Source of the DNA: an uncultured Actinomycetota bacterium
Lineage (GTDB): Bacteria; Actinomycetota; Actinomycetes; Actinomycetales; Dermatophilaceae
Direction: 5' to 3'
DNA: 64,000 nucleotides
Assembly: GCA_963763015.1 (NCBI GenBank)
Contig: CAVXML010000006.1
Span: 302,050 to 366,049, forward strand
In this document: one piece after another, positions 11,414 through 22,099 of the stretch
Position numbering within the stretch: the stretch's first letter is position 1
Layout: every line of letters begins with the position of its first letter
The notes under the pieces: model-generated
Databases searched by the model: none
Told to the model about the DNA's origin: nothing
The model's input: the letters and a program-made list of their open reading frames with translations, nothing else
Position numbers and translations under genes: made by a program

Positions 11414-12595
11414 GTGCGACGCAGCGCCACGGTCGTGACGGCCCTCCTGGCCCTGGCCCTCACCGGGTGCGGGTCGGACGCCGACCTGCCGGCCGGGCTG
11501 CGGTCGGCCGACACCCACACGTCGCCGCACGCGTCCTCTCCTTCGGTGTCCGCGACGACGCCCGCGGAGGACGTGCCACTCCGGGCCGGGGAACGGTTCC
11601 AGAGCCTGCGGCTCCCAGCCCCCTACGCGCCGAAGGCGCCGGAGGGCACGGGCACCGACGACTACCGGTGCTTCCTCGTCGACCCGCAGCTCGGGACGGA
11701 CCAGCTCGTGAGCGGGGTGCAGATCGCCCCCGACAACGCGGAGATGGTGCACCACGTGATCGTCTCGAAGGTCGAGCCCGAGGACGTCCGGGAGGCCCAG
11801 GCGCTCGACTCCCGGGACCCGGGGGACGGATGGACCTGCTTCGGCGGGGCCGGGCTGGCCGGTACCCGCGGCGGCAACCTCGACAAGGCCGACTGGGTGG
11901 GTGCGTGGGCCCCGGGCGGTGGCGAACGCGTCATGGCCGACGACATCGGCATCCCCCTGGCGGCCGGCAGCCGGCTCGTCGTCCAGGTGCACTACAACCT
12001 GCTCGCGGGCTCCGGCACCGACCAGAGCACGGTGCGACTCCGGGTGAGCGAGGCCGCCGGCAGCGACAAGCAGGCGCTGCAGACCATGCTCCTCCCCGCG
12101 CCGGTCGAGCTGCCCTGTCGCGACAACCGCACCAAGGGCCTGTGCAGCCGCACCGTCGCCGTCGCCGACATCAAGCGCCGCTTCGCCGAGAACCCGGCCA
12201 CCGCCGACCTGCTGCACCTCCTGTGCGGCCCGGTCGAGCCGGGGCCGGTTCAGAGCTGCACGCGCCCGGTCCGCGCGGACGCGACCATCCGCGCGGTGTC
12301 CGGCCACATGCACCTCCTGGGTCGAGCGATCACCGTGGACGTCAACAAGGGCACGCCGGACGCGCGCCGGGTGCTCGACGTGCCCGTCTGGGACTTCGAC
12401 GACCAGGGCAGCATCCCGCTCGACGACCCGCTCGACGTCGGACCCGGTGACACGATCACGGTCACCTGCACCCACGACCAGGAGCTGCGCGACCTGCTGC
12501 CCGCCTTCGAGGGCACCGAGGACCGGTACGTCGCCTGGGGCGAGGGCACGACCGACGAGATGTGCCTGGGCATCGTGCTGATGACCCCCCGCTGA
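11414..12595 (+). CDS. Copper type II ascorbate-dependent monooxygenase-like lipoprotein (PHM/DBH fold)
   Basis: Lipobox LTGC; CuH-type ligands VHHVIV and QVHYN; CuM-type ligands GHMHLLG and DEMCLG. Confidence 0.8.
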   Translation: MRRSATVVTALLALALTGCGSDADLPAGLRSADTHTSPHASSPSVSATTPAEDVPLRAGERFQSLRLPAPYAPKAPEGTGTDDYRCFLVDPQLGTDQLVSGVQIAPDNAEMVHHVIVSKVEPEDVREAQALDSRDPGDGWTCFGGAGLAGTRGGNLDKADWVGAWAPGGGERVMADDIGIPLAAGSRLVVQVHYNLLAGSGTDQSTVRLRVSEAAGSDKQALQTMLLPAPVELPCRDNRTKGLCSRTVAVADIKRRFAENPATADLLHLLCGPVEPGPVQSCTRPVRADATIRAVSGHMHLLGRAITVDVNKGTPDARRVLDVPVWDFDDQGSIPLDDPLDVGPGDTITVTCTHDQELRDLLPAFEGTEDRYVAWGEGTTDEMCLGIVLMTPR

Positions 12596-12609
12596 GCCGC
12601 GCGGAGTCG

Positions 12610-13719
12610 TCAGGGCGTCGTGGCCCCGGCGACGAGGGAGGCCGCCTCGTCGACCGTGTCGACCAGGTGCAGCCGGTGCTCCATGGCACGCCCCGCCGCC
12701 AGGGCCGTGAGCGTCGGCCAGACAGGGACCGTGTGCGTCCAGTGCCGCCTCCCGACGAGCACCACGACGGGCAGCGTCGCGTCCTCGGCCGCATAGTAGA
12801 GGCGAGTCGCGGCCTGGAAGATCTCCTGCACCGTCCCGGCAGCACCCTCGAGCACGACGAGCCCGGCCGTGCAGCGGGCGAGGAGCCCGTCCTCGCGGAT
12901 CGCGTTGGAGAAGTACTTCCCGATCCCGTTGCAGAAGACGTTCGGTGGCTCGTGCCCGTAGAACCACGTCGGGATGCCGACGCTGCGCACCCGCGCGTCG
13001 GGCACCGGGACCGCCACGAGGTCGTCGTGGACCTCGAGGGCAACCTCGGCCCAGGGGGCGATGTCGGGCACGAAGCTCGGGATGCCGCGCAGCCGCTCGA
13101 TCGCCCCGTCCAGCGTTCGGAGGTCGGGGGCCATCGCCCCGAGGTTGGCCGCCTCCATCGCGCCCGGCCCACCGCCGGTCACCACCACGAGCCCCGTGGC
13201 GGCCAGCCCGTGACCCAGCCGAGCAGCATGCGCGTACGCCGTCGTGTCGCGGGCCAGGGCGTGCCCGCCCATGACCCCGACGACGGGCGCGTCCCCGATG
13301 AACTCGTCGAGCGCGTCGGTGACGGAGTCGTCGTGGATCGCCCTGAGGAGAGTGACGAAGGCGTCGTGCTCGAGGGAACCGTCGCGGGACCAGTGGTAGG
13401 CCAGGGCGTCGGGTGTGCCCTCGTAGCCCTTCTCCCGGAGCCCCTCGTAGAGCTCGTGGGGCTGGTAGAGGCTGGACCGGTAGGGGTTGACCGGCGCGTG
13501 AGGGTCGGTGGGGAAGACCAGCGCCCCGTGCGAGCGGAGGTGGGCATCGAGGGCGTCGGTCAGCTGCCCGCCGAGGATGACCATGCCCTCGACGTCCGTG
13601 CGCCCGAGCAGCTCCTCCTCGTGCCCCGTGAGGTCGAGGTCCTGGAGGCGCAGGCCGCACAGCGGCACGCGGGCCCGCAGGGTGTCCGTCAGGTGCGGCA
13701 GACTCTCGATCTCGTCCAC
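12610..13719 (-). CDS. LOG/SLOG-family Rossmann-fold nucleotide-binding protein
   Basis: VGVMGG, TGGGPGAMEAANLGA, YFSNAIREDGL, GAAGTVQEIF; TAGGTT box 6 nt before the GTG. Confidence 0.8.
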   Translation of the reverse strand: MDEIESLPHLTDTLRARVPLCGLRLQDLDLTGHEEELLGRTDVEGMVILGGQLTDALDAHLRSHGALVFPTDPHAPVNPYRSSLYQPHELYEGLREKGYEGTPDALAYHWSRDGSLEHDAFVTLLRAIHDDSVTDALDEFIGDAPVVGVMGGHALARDTTAYAHAARLGHGLAATGLVVVTGGGPGAMEAANLGAMAPDLRTLDGAIERLRGIPSFVPDIAPWAEVALEVHDDLVAVPVPDARVRSVGIPTWFYGHEPPNVFCNGIGKYFSNAIREDGLLARCTAGLVVLEGAAGTVQEIFQAATRLYYAAEDATLPVVVLVGRRHWTHTVPVWPTLTALAAGRAMEHRLHLVDTVDEAASLVAGATTP

Positions 13720-13811
13720 CCGCCGAACCTACCCGCGCCGAGCGCGGGAAATCGGGTGCCGGGAACGCTCGCCCCGGCAGCCACCGATCCCCGACTCGGG
13801 ATACCGCGGAG

Positions 13812-15203
13812 TCAGTGGGCCGTGAGGCGGGCGAGCACGGTGCCAAGGCGGGCGGGCGTGCCGGAGGCGAGCTCCTCGCGGTCGGCCAGCCTCGCGACCC
13901 GCAGCCCCGCGTTGATGCCGAGCCACCGCAGCGGCTCGGGCTCCCAGCGTGGGGACCGGTGCCCGACCCAGGGGAGCTCGGTGAGGGAGGTGCCCCGACC
14001 GAGCACGAGGTCGGTGAGCGTGCGCCCCGCCAGGTTGCTCGCGGCCACCCCGTCACCGACGTAGCCGCCGGCGCGGCCGGTGCGGCTCACCGGGTCCCAG
14101 GTCACCGACGGGTGCCAGTCGCGCGCGACACCCAGGGCGCCACCCCACGCGTGGGTGAACCGCACATCACCGAGCTGGGGGAGCAGGTCGCGCAGGGTCG
14201 CACGCAGCGACTCGAACACCCGCTCGTCGTGGTCGAACTCCGGCCGGATGGACGAGCCCCAGTGGTAGGGCGCCCCCCGACCCCCGAAGGCGATCCGGCC
14301 GTCGTCCGTGCGCTGCCCGTAGATGGTCACGTGCCCGTGGTCGGCGAACACCTCCCGTCCCGCCAGGCCGACGGCTTGCCACTGGTCGTCCGTCAACGGC
14401 TCGGTGGCGACCATGAGCGAGTACACCGGCGCAACGGTTCGTTGCTGCCCCGGTAGTGCACCGGTCCAACCCTCCGTCGCGAGGACGACCGCCCCCGCCG
14501 TCACCCGGCGCCCGTCCTCGAGGACGACGACGCCGTCGCCCGCCCTGCCGACCCGCGTGCCCTCGACCACGCGCGCGCCCATCCGGCGCACCGTGGTGGC
14601 CAGCCCGTCGACGAGACGCCGCGGGTGGATCCTCGCGCAGTGCGGCGTGTAGGTGGCCCCCCGGGTCCCTGCGACGTCCATTCGCTCTCGGCTCTGACCG
14701 GCATCCAGCCAGACGGTGTCCAGCCCCCAGGAGGACGCGCGGGCCGCGTCGGCGCGCGCCCGTACCTCCTGGGCGGCGCTCCTCGCGACCAGCAGCGCCC
14801 CGCCCTTGACGAATCCTGCCCCGAGCCCTTCCTGCGCGTCGACGCGGCCGACCTCGTCGACGGTGTCCCGCAGGGCCGCGAGCTGGGCGAGCGCGGCGGC
14901 GCGTCCCGACCGCCGGGCCAGGGTGTCCGGCGATACCGGCCAGAGGGCCGAGACCCAGCCGCCGTTGCGCCCACTGGCCCCGAAGCCCACGTGCTCGGCC
15001 TCCAGGACCAGCACGTCCAGCCCGGGCTCGGACCGCAGCAGGTAGTAGGCGGTCCACAGGCCGGTGTACCCCCCGCCGACGACGACGACATCGGCCCGCT
15101 GGGGGAGCGCGCCGGATGCCGCCGACCCGCCGACAGCGGACGGGACCGCCACGGCGTCCCACCAGAGCGGCCCGGTCGCCGTCCCGGGGGTCGCCCCCGC
15201 CAC
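13812..15203 (-). CDS. FAD-dependent oxidoreductase (PuuB/DadA family)
   Basis: VVVVGGGYTGLWTAY, GFGASGRNGG, WGGALG, GGYVGDGV. Start estimated at GTG 15203 next to the upstream stop; the 936-aa ORF in the track is an N-terminal over-extension. Confidence 0.85.
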   Translation of the reverse strand: MAGATPGTATGPLWWDAVAVPSAVGGSAASGALPQRADVVVVGGGYTGLWTAYYLLRSEPGLDVLVLEAEHVGFGASGRNGGWVSALWPVSPDTLARRSGRAAALAQLAALRDTVDEVGRVDAQEGLGAGFVKGGALLVARSAAQEVRARADAARASSWGLDTVWLDAGQSRERMDVAGTRGATYTPHCARIHPRRLVDGLATTVRRMGARVVEGTRVGRAGDGVVVLEDGRRVTAGAVVLATEGWTGALPGQQRTVAPVYSLMVATEPLTDDQWQAVGLAGREVFADHGHVTIYGQRTDDGRIAFGGRGAPYHWGSSIRPEFDHDERVFESLRATLRDLLPQLGDVRFTHAWGGALGVARDWHPSVTWDPVSRTGRAGGYVGDGVAASNLAGRTLTDLVLGRGTSLTELPWVGHRSPRWEPEPLRWLGINAGLRVARLADREELASGTPARLGTVLARLTAH

Positions 15204-15205
15204 GC

Positions 15206-16645
15206 TCAGAGGTGGTTCTCGGCCTCGACGAGCACCGAGCGCAGCCGGCGCTCGATGTCGTCGAACTCGGTCGGTCCCATCGTGAGTGGTGGAGCCAGCT
15301 GGACGACGGGGTCGCCGCGGTCGTCGGCCCGGCAGTACAGCCCCGCGTCGAAGAGGGCCTTGGACAGGAAGCCCCGCAGCAGCCGCTCCGCCTCCGCGTC
15401 GTCGAAGGTCTCCCGGGTCTGCTTGTCCTTGACGAGCTCGATGCCGTAGAAGTAGCCGGCACCTCGCACGTCGCCCACGAGCGGGAGGTCGAGGAGCCGG
15501 TCGAGGGTGGCCTTGAAGACCGGTGCGTTCTGCTTCACCCGGTCGTTGAGGCCCTCCCGCTCGAAGATGTCGAGGTTGGCCATGGCCGCGGCGCAGGAGA
15601 CGGGGTGGCCGCCCCACGTGTACCCGTGGGGGAAGTACGTGGTGCCGGAGCGGAACGGCTCGAAGAGCCGGTCGCTGGCGATCATCAGGCCCAGTGGTGC
15701 GTACCCGCTCGTGATGCCCTTGGCCGTGGTGATGATGTCCGGCTGGTAGCCGAAGTCCAGGCACGCGAACATGGAGCCGATCCGCCCGAAGGCGCAGATC
15801 GTCTCGTCGGAGACCAGGAGCACGTCGTACTCGTCGCAGATCTGCCGGACGCGCTCGAAGTAGCCGGCCGGGGGCGGGAAGCAGCCGCCCGAGTTCTGCA
15901 CCGGCTCGAGGAAGACGGCGGCGACCGAGTCGGGCCCCTCGAACTCGATGGCCTCGGCGATCCGGTCCGCCGCCCACCGGCCGAACGCCTTCTCGTCGTC
16001 GCGCAGATGCTCGGGCGCTCGGTACAGGTTCGTGTTCGGCACCTTGTGCCCCCCCGGCACGAGCGGCTCGAAGTCCACCTTGGCCGCCGGGATGCCGGTG
16101 ATCGACAGCGCTCCCTGTGGCGTCCCGTGGTAGGCCACCGCGCGGGAGATCACCTTGTGCTTGGTCGGCTTCCCGACGAGCTTGAAGTACTGCTTGGCCA
16201 GCTTCCACGCCGTCTCCACGGCCTCGCCGCCGCCCGTGGTGAAGAACACCCGGTTGAGGTCCCCGGGCGCATGGTGGGCCAGCCGCTCGGCGAGCTCGAT
16301 CGCCCGGGGGTGCGCGTAGGACCACAACGGGAAGAACGCGAGCTCCGAGGCCTGCTTGGCCATCGCCTCGGCGATCTCCGTGCGGCCGTGACCGACGTTG
16401 GTGACGAAGAGCCCGGCCAGGCCGTCGATGTACTCGTTCCCCCTGTCGTCCCAGATTCGCCAGCCCTCGCCGCGGGTGATGATCGGCACCGAGTGGCCGA
16501 GCCCTCCCACCTCGTGCTCCTCGAAGACCGAGTGGCGCGTGAAGTGCATCCACAGGTGGTCCCGGGCGGCGTCGGAGTAGAGCTTGCCGGTGGCGGTGTG
16601 CCGGTCGGAGCTGGGCTCCCACACCTCGGACGGGTAGGTCGTCAT
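15206..16645 (-). CDS. Class III PLP aminotransferase (putrescine/omega-amine:pyruvate type)
   Basis: YIDGLAGL, FFTTGGGEAVE, AYHG, EPVQNSGG, SDETICAFGR, TTAKGITSG. Confidence 0.9.
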   Translation of the reverse strand: MTTYPSEVWEPSSDRHTATGKLYSDAARDHLWMHFTRHSVFEEHEVGGLGHSVPIITRGEGWRIWDDRGNEYIDGLAGLFVTNVGHGRTEIAEAMAKQASELAFFPLWSYAHPRAIELAERLAHHAPGDLNRVFFTTGGGEAVETAWKLAKQYFKLVGKPTKHKVISRAVAYHGTPQGALSITGIPAAKVDFEPLVPGGHKVPNTNLYRAPEHLRDDEKAFGRWAADRIAEAIEFEGPDSVAAVFLEPVQNSGGCFPPPAGYFERVRQICDEYDVLLVSDETICAFGRIGSMFACLDFGYQPDIITTAKGITSGYAPLGLMIASDRLFEPFRSGTTYFPHGYTWGGHPVSCAAAMANLDIFEREGLNDRVKQNAPVFKATLDRLLDLPLVGDVRGAGYFYGIELVKDKQTRETFDDAEAERLLRGFLSKALFDAGLYCRADDRGDPVVQLAPPLTMGPTEFDDIERRLRSVLVEAENHL

Positions 16646-17136
16646 CGTGTACCCCAGTTGTAGTGCTGCTTGTTGAGCTTCAGGTAGACGAACGTCTCGG
16701 TGGTCGTGACGCCCGGAAGAACGCGGATCCGCTCGGTGAGGAGCTCCAGCAGGTGGTCGTCGTCCTCGCAGACGACCTCGGCGAGCACGTCGAAGCTGCC
16801 GGCGGTCGTGACCACGTAGGACACCTCCGGCATCGCGGTGAGGGCCTCGCCCACGCCGAGGAGGTCACCCTCGGTGCGGATGCCGATCATGGCCTGACGG
16901 CGGAACCCCACCTGCAGGGGGTCCGTGACCGCCACGATCTGCATGACCTCGGCGTCGAGGAGGCGCTGGACGCGCTGGCGCACGGCCGCCTCGGAGAGCC
17001 CCACCGCCTTGGCGATGGCCGCGTAGGACTGCCGCCCGTCCTCCTGGAGCAGCTCGATGATCCGCTTGGCGACGTCGTCCAGGCGGGTCTCGGCCACGGG
17101 GCGGCCGCTGCGGAGCGGTCGGATGGCTCTGGTCAC
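16642..17136 (-). CDS. Lrp/AsnC-family transcriptional regulator
   Basis: LDDVAKRIIELLQEDGRQSYAAIAKAVGLSEAAVRQRV HTH, then TTAGSFDV; 4-nt overlap with the aminotransferase. Confidence 0.92.
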   Translation of the reverse strand: MTRAIRPLRSGRPVAETRLDDVAKRIIELLQEDGRQSYAAIAKAVGLSEAAVRQRVQRLLDAEVMQIVAVTDPLQVGFRRQAMIGIRTEGDLLGVGEALTAMPEVSYVVTTAGSFDVLAEVVCEDDDHLLELLTERIRVLPGVTTTETFVYLKLNKQHYNWGTR

Positions 17137-17171
17137 GGCGTCATGCTGCCGCTGATTCGTGCGATGTGCAA

Positions 17172-17194
17172 GTGCGGTATGACGGATTCCGCAC
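17172..17194. promoter_or_regulatory. Candidate operator in the divergent lrp/aldehyde dehydrogenase intergenic region
   Basis: Imperfect inverted repeat GTGCGGTAT-N5-ATTCCGCAC in a locally AT-richer divergent promoter region. Confidence 0.35.
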
Positions 17195-17310
17195 ACCGTC
17201 GGGAGCACTTCGGTAACTTTTCGTGTTGGCTGGTGGACGCGGCCTAGGTTATCGGCGGTTCTGCGGTCTAGAGTCCACGTGCACGTTCCACTATTACCGG
17301 GGAGCCACAC

Positions 17311-18756
17311 ATGAGCGGTCCGCGCAGTCTGCGCAACTTCATCGGCGGGGAGTACGTCGACGGTCGGACGGAGAACAGGCACGACATCGTCAACCCGGCG
17401 ACCGGAACCGTCGTCGCGACTGCCCCCGTGAGCGGCCAGGCGGACGTCGACGCCGCCTACGGCGCCGCCGACTCGGCCTTCGGGGAGTGGGGCCGCACCA
17501 CGCCCAGCGAGCGCCAGCAGGCGCTGCTCAAGATCGCCGACGCCATCGAGTCGCGCGCCGACGAGCTCATCGCCCTGGAGTCGGAGAACACCGGGAAGAT
17601 CCAGGCGCTCACGGCGAGCGAGGAGATCCCCCCGATGGTGGACCAGCTCCGGTTCTTCGCCGGCGCCGCCCGCGTGCTCGAGGGCAAGGCCGCGGGGGAG
17701 TACATGAAGGGCCACACCTCCTGGATCCGGCGGGAGCCGATCGGGGTCGTGGGTCAGGTGACGCCGTGGAACTACCCGCTGCTCATGGCCGTGTGGAAGA
17801 TCGCGCCGGCCCTCGCCGCGGGCAACACCGTCGTGCTCAAGCCGAGCGACACGACCCCCGAGACGACCCTCCTGCTGGCCGAGATCGCCGCGGAGTACCT
17901 CCCCGCGGGCGCCCTCAACGTCATCACCGGTGACAGGGACACCGGCCGGCTTCTCGTCGAGCACCCGACGCCCGGGCTCGTCGCCATCACCGGCTCGGTC
18001 CGCGCCGGCGCCGAGGTGGCGGCCAGCGCCGCCCCGAACGTCAAGCGGGTCCACCTGGAGCTCGGCGGGAAGGCCCCGGTCGTCGTGTTCGACGACGCCG
18101 ACATCGAGGCGGCGGTCGAGGGCATCGCGGTCGCGGGCTTCTTCAACGCGGGGCAGGACTGCACCGCGGCGACGCGCGTGCTCGCCGCTCCCGGTATCCA
18201 TGACGACTTCGTCGCGGCGATCGCCGAGTACGCCAAGAGCTCGGCGCCGGTCGGCCTGCCCGACGACGAGGACGCGCTCTTCGGCCCGGTCAACAACCGC
18301 AACCAGCTCGAGCGCGTCTCCGGCTTCATCGAGCGGCTGCCGTCGCACGCGACGGTCTCGGCCGGCGGGAACCGGCGGGGAGACCTGGGCGACGGCTTCT
18401 ACCTCGAGCCGACCATCCTCTCCGGCCTGCGTCAGGACGACGAGGCGGTCCAGAACGAGATCTTCGGTCCGGTCATCACCGTGCAGCGGTTCACCGAGGA
18501 GGCGGAGGCCCTGGCCTGGGCCAATGGCGTCGACTACGGCCTCGCGTCCTCGGTCTGGACCAAGGACTTCGGGCGGGCCATGAGGATGTCGGCGGCCCTC
18601 GACTTCGGCTGCGTGTGGATCAACACGCACATCCCGCTCGTTGCCGAGATGCCGCACGGCGGCTACAAGAAGTCCGGCTACGGCAAGGACCTGTCGATGT
18701 ACGGCTTCGAGGACTACACCCGCATCAAGCACGTCATGGCCAACATCGAGTCCTGA
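17311..18756 (+). CDS. Gamma-aminobutyraldehyde dehydrogenase (PatD/Prr-like)
   Basis: [38 protein letters not shown]; polyamine context. Confidence 0.9.
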   Translation: MSGPRSLRNFIGGEYVDGRTENRHDIVNPATGTVVATAPVSGQADVDAAYGAADSAFGEWGRTTPSERQQALLKIADAIESRADELIALESENTGKIQALTASEEIPPMVDQLRFFAGAARVLEGKAAGEYMKGHTSWIRREPIGVVGQVTPWNYPLLMAVWKIAPALAAGNTVVLKPSDTTPETTLLLAEIAAEYLPAGALNVITGDRDTGRLLVEHPTPGLVAITGSVRAGAEVAASAAPNVKRVHLELGGKAPVVVFDDADIEAAVEGIAVAGFFNAGQDCTAATRVLAAPGIHDDFVAAIAEYAKSSAPVGLPDDEDALFGPVNNRNQLERVSGFIERLPSHATVSAGGNRRGDLGDGFYLEPTILSGLRQDDEAVQNEIFGPVITVQRFTEEAEALAWANGVDYGLASSVWTKDFGRAMRMSAALDFGCVWINTHIPLVAEMPHGGYKKSGYGKDLSMYGFEDYTRIKHVMANIES

Positions 18757-18843
18757 TCGAGACGCAGCAGAAGCACCGCAACCCGCACCACGGCACCATC
18801 CTGACCCCACCACTGCACCCTGAACGACACACGAGGAGCACCC

Positions 18844-20076
18844 ATGGGCGAGCGCCCCACCATTGACCAGATGTCCCCCGTCCTCCGCACCGCGCTGCTG
18901 CGTGGCCTGACCACCCGCAGGGCCGTCGTCAGCGGCGCCTTCGGGCTGGGCGCGACGGCCGCCCTCACGGCCTGCGGCAGCGAGGGAACCGGCGGTGACG
19001 CCGACGGCGCCTCCCCGACGGCCAAGGCCGCGCAGGACGCGAGCGACACCGAGAAGGTCGTCAACTGGTCGAACTGGACCCAGTACATCGACGTGTCCGA
19101 GGACGAGAGCACCCGCCCGTCGCTCGACGAGTTCACCAAGCAGACCGGCATCACGGTGAACTACACCGAGGACTACAACGACAACGACGAGTTCTACGCC
19201 AAGGTCCGCCCACTCCTCGAGGGCGGGGAGGACACCGGCCGGGACGTCTGGTGCAGCACGGACTGGATGGTGGCCCGCCTCATCCGCCAGGGGTACGTGC
19301 AGAAGCTGGACACGGCGAACATCCCGAACATCAAGAACCTCGAACCCTCGCTCAAGGACGTCGAGTTCGACCCGGGCCGCGTGTACTCCCTCCCGTGGCA
19401 GAGCGGCTTCGCCGGCATCGCTTACAACCTCGACGCCACCGGCGGCAAGAAGGTCGAGACGATGACCCAGCTCCTCACCGACCCGGCCCTGAAGGGGAAG
19501 GTGACCCTGCTGACCGAGATGCGCGACACGGTCGGCCTCGTCCTCTGCGAGATGGGCAAGAACCCCGCCGACTTCACCGACGCCGACTTCGACGCCGCGA
19601 TCGCCATGATCGAGAAGGCCAAGGACGCCGGCCAGCTCAAGGGCTTCACCGGCAACGACTACACCGACGGCCTCACCAAGGGCGACATCGCGGCCTGCGT
19701 CGCGTGGACCGGCGATGTCGTGCAACTGCAGTTCGAGAACGAGGCGGTCCAGTACGCTCTGCCGCAGGCCGGGTTCACGCTGTGGTCGGACAACTTCGTC
19801 ATCCCGGCGCTGGCGAAGCACAAGAAGAACGCGGAGACGCTCATCAACTACTACTACGACCCGGCGGTCATGGCGCAGGTCGCGGCCTGGGTCAACTACA
19901 TCCCGCCGGTGGCGGGGACCAAGGAGGCGCTGACCGCCGAGGACCCCGAGACCGCCGACAACCCGCTCATCTTCCCCAACGAGGACGTGCTGTCGCGCGC
20001 TCGGGTGTTCCGTGGGTTGAGCGCGGAGGAGGAGACCAAGTACGCCCAGGCCTTCTCGGAGCTCACGGCGAGCTGA
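18844..20076 (+). CDS. Polyamine ABC transporter substrate-binding lipoprotein (PotD/PotF-like)
   Basis: TRR...LTAC Tat-lipoprotein-like leader; [24 protein letters not shown]. Confidence 0.9.
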   Translation: MGERPTIDQMSPVLRTALLRGLTTRRAVVSGAFGLGATAALTACGSEGTGGDADGASPTAKAAQDASDTEKVVNWSNWTQYIDVSEDESTRPSLDEFTKQTGITVNYTEDYNDNDEFYAKVRPLLEGGEDTGRDVWCSTDWMVARLIRQGYVQKLDTANIPNIKNLEPSLKDVEFDPGRVYSLPWQSGFAGIAYNLDATGGKKVETMTQLLTDPALKGKVTLLTEMRDTVGLVLCEMGKNPADFTDADFDAAIAMIEKAKDAGQLKGFTGNDYTDGLTKGDIAACVAWTGDVVQLQFENEAVQYALPQAGFTLWSDNFVIPALAKHKKNAETLINYYYDPAVMAQVAAWVNYIPPVAGTKEALTAEDPETADNPLIFPNEDVLSRARVFRGLSAEEETKYAQAFSELTAS

Positions 20077-21194
20077 TGGCGGAGCACGGCACGGGCGACC
20101 TCACGCTGGTTGCGCTGAGCAAGTCGTTCGGCGAGTTCACGGCGGTCCAGCCCATGGACCTGACCGTTCCGGAGGGATCGTTCTTCGCGCTGCTGGGCCC
20201 CTCGGGCTGCGGCAAGACGACGACGCTGCGGATGGTCGCCGGCCTCGAGCAGCCCACCGCGGGGCAGATCCTCATCGGGAGCAGCGACATCACGGACACC
20301 CGCCCGCACCAGCGCAACGTCAACACGGTGTTCCAGTCCTACGCGCTCTTCCCGCACATGAACGTCCTGGACAACGTCGCGTTCGGCCTCCGCCGGCGCG
20401 GTGACAAGGACGCCAAGCGCAAAGCGCAGGAGGCCCTGGAGCTCGTCGAGCTGGGTCACACCGGTCGCAAGAAGCCCAACCAGCTCTCCGGTGGCATGCA
20501 GCAGCGCGTCGCCCTGGCCCGTGCCCTCGTCAACCGACCGGACGTCCTGCTGCTCGACGAGCCGCTCGGCGCCCTCGACCTCAAGCTCCGCCGGCAGATG
20601 CAGATCGAGCTCAAGCGCATCCAGCACGAGGTCGGTCTCACCTTCATCCACGTCACGCACGACCAGGAGGAGGCCATGACCATGGCCGACTCGATCGCGG
20701 TCATGAACGCCGGCCGGATGGAGCAGCTGGGAGACCCGGCCTCGCTCTACGAGAACCCCGCGTCGACCTTCGTGGCCAACTTCCTCGGCCAGTCCAACCT
20801 CCTGCGCGCCCGGATCACCGGCGCCGCCGGCGGAGACCGGCTCACGGCGGACGTCCACGGGCACGAGGTGCTCGTGGACGTCCGCCGGGTGCCCGACGGA
20901 CTGCGCGACGTGTGGCTGGGCGTGCGCCCCGAGAAGCTCGCCATCGGTGACGGGAACGGCGCGAACCGCCTGACCGGCTCCGTGACGGACGCCTCGTTCA
21001 CGGGCGTGGCCACGCAGTATCTGGTCCGGATGCCGTGGGGCATGGACGTCATGGTCGTCCAGCAGAACGACGGCAGCGCGCGCGCCCGGCTGGGCGAGAA
21101 CGTCACCCTCTCCTGGGATCCGGGGCACGAGTTCGTCCTCGACTCCGCCCAGGACGAGGAGGCCGGCGTCGAGCACGTGGTCGTCGATGGCTGA
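20076..21194 (+). CDS. potA: Polyamine ABC transporter ATPase (PotA-like)
   Basis: [39 protein letters not shown]-like C-terminus; TGATG overlap with the upstream gene. Confidence 0.9.
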   Translation: MAEHGTGDLTLVALSKSFGEFTAVQPMDLTVPEGSFFALLGPSGCGKTTTLRMVAGLEQPTAGQILIGSSDITDTRPHQRNVNTVFQSYALFPHMNVLDNVAFGLRRRGDKDAKRKAQEALELVELGHTGRKKPNQLSGGMQQRVALARALVNRPDVLLLDEPLGALDLKLRRQMQIELKRIQHEVGLTFIHVTHDQEEAMTMADSIAVMNAGRMEQLGDPASLYENPASTFVANFLGQSNLLRARITGAAGGDRLTADVHGHEVLVDVRRVPDGLRDVWLGVRPEKLAIGDGNGANRLTGSVTDASFTGVATQYLVRMPWGMDVMVVQQNDGSARARLGENVTLSWDPGHEFVLDSAQDEEAGVEHVVVDG

Positions 21195-22098
21195 GCTGGC
21201 CGTCCTCGCGGGCGGCACGCCGCGTCCGCCGGCCAGGCGGGCCAACTGGGTCCCGTACGCGCTCCTGGCGCCCGGCCTGCTGTGGCTGGCGGTGTTCTTC
21301 GTGGCGCCGATGGTCACCCTGTTCTCGCAGTCCCTCCAGGAGGGCTCGGTCGAGGCGGGGTACACCTTCACGGGCAACGTGTCGATCTACGTCGACGCCC
21401 TCAGCGAGTACTGGCCACAGCTGCTGCGCTCGGTCGGTTATGCGGCCACGGCCACCCTGTCCGCCCTCCTGCTCGCCTACCCCCTCGCCTACTACATCGC
21501 CCAGAAGGCCGGGCGGTGGAAGAACCTCATGCTCGTGCTCGTCGTGGCGCCGTTCTTCACGAGCTTCCTCATCCGCACGCTGGCCTGGCGGACCATCCTC
21601 TCCGACACCGGGCCGGTCGCCGAGTTCGCGAGGGCCATCGGCTTCACCGACCTGCTCCAGGCGCTGACCCTGACGAGCAACGACAGCCTGCTGTCGTCCA
21701 AGTTCGCGGTCATCGCGGGGCTGACGTACAACTTCCTGCCCTTCATGATCCTGCCGCTGTACGCCTCGCTCGACCGCCTGGACCACCGACTCGTCGAGGC
21801 GGCCGGGGACCTCTACGCCAGCCCCATCCAGGCGTTCCGGCACGTCACCTGGCCGCTGTCGCTCCCGGGCGTCGTCGCCGGCACCCTCCTGACGTTCATC
21901 CCCGCAACCGGTGACTTCATCAACTCACGGCTGCTGGGGAACACGCAGACCGTCATGATCGGCCAGGTCATCGACAGCCAGTTCCTGCGGGTGCTGGACT
22001 ACCCGCTCGCCGCCGCCCTGTCGTTCATCCTCCTGGTCATGATCCTCGTCCTCGTCTCGACGTACGTCCGGCGCGCCGGCACCGAGGAGCTGGTCTGA
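21187..22098 (+). CDS. potB: Polyamine ABC permease (PotB-like)
   Basis: Multi-TM; LAYPLAY, LVEAAGDL EAA loop. Confidence 0.88.
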   Translation: MAELAVLAGGTPRPPARRANWVPYALLAPGLLWLAVFFVAPMVTLFSQSLQEGSVEAGYTFTGNVSIYVDALSEYWPQLLRSVGYAATATLSALLLAYPLAYYIAQKAGRWKNLMLVLVVAPFFTSFLIRTLAWRTILSDTGPVAEFARAIGFTDLLQALTLTSNDSLLSSKFAVIAGLTYNFLPFMILPLYASLDRLDHRLVEAAGDLYASPIQAFRHVTWPLSLPGVVAGTLLTFIPATGDFINSRLLGNTQTVMIGQVIDSQFLRVLDYPLAAALSFILLVMILVLVSTYVRRAGTEELV

Positions 22099-22099
22099 C

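Noticed and set aside
17137-19821. N-terminal ~895 aa of the 1059-aa ORF 16642..19821
   Set aside because: Only the last 164 codons (Lrp) are real; the rest is antisense to the aldehyde dehydrogenase and the SBP gene.
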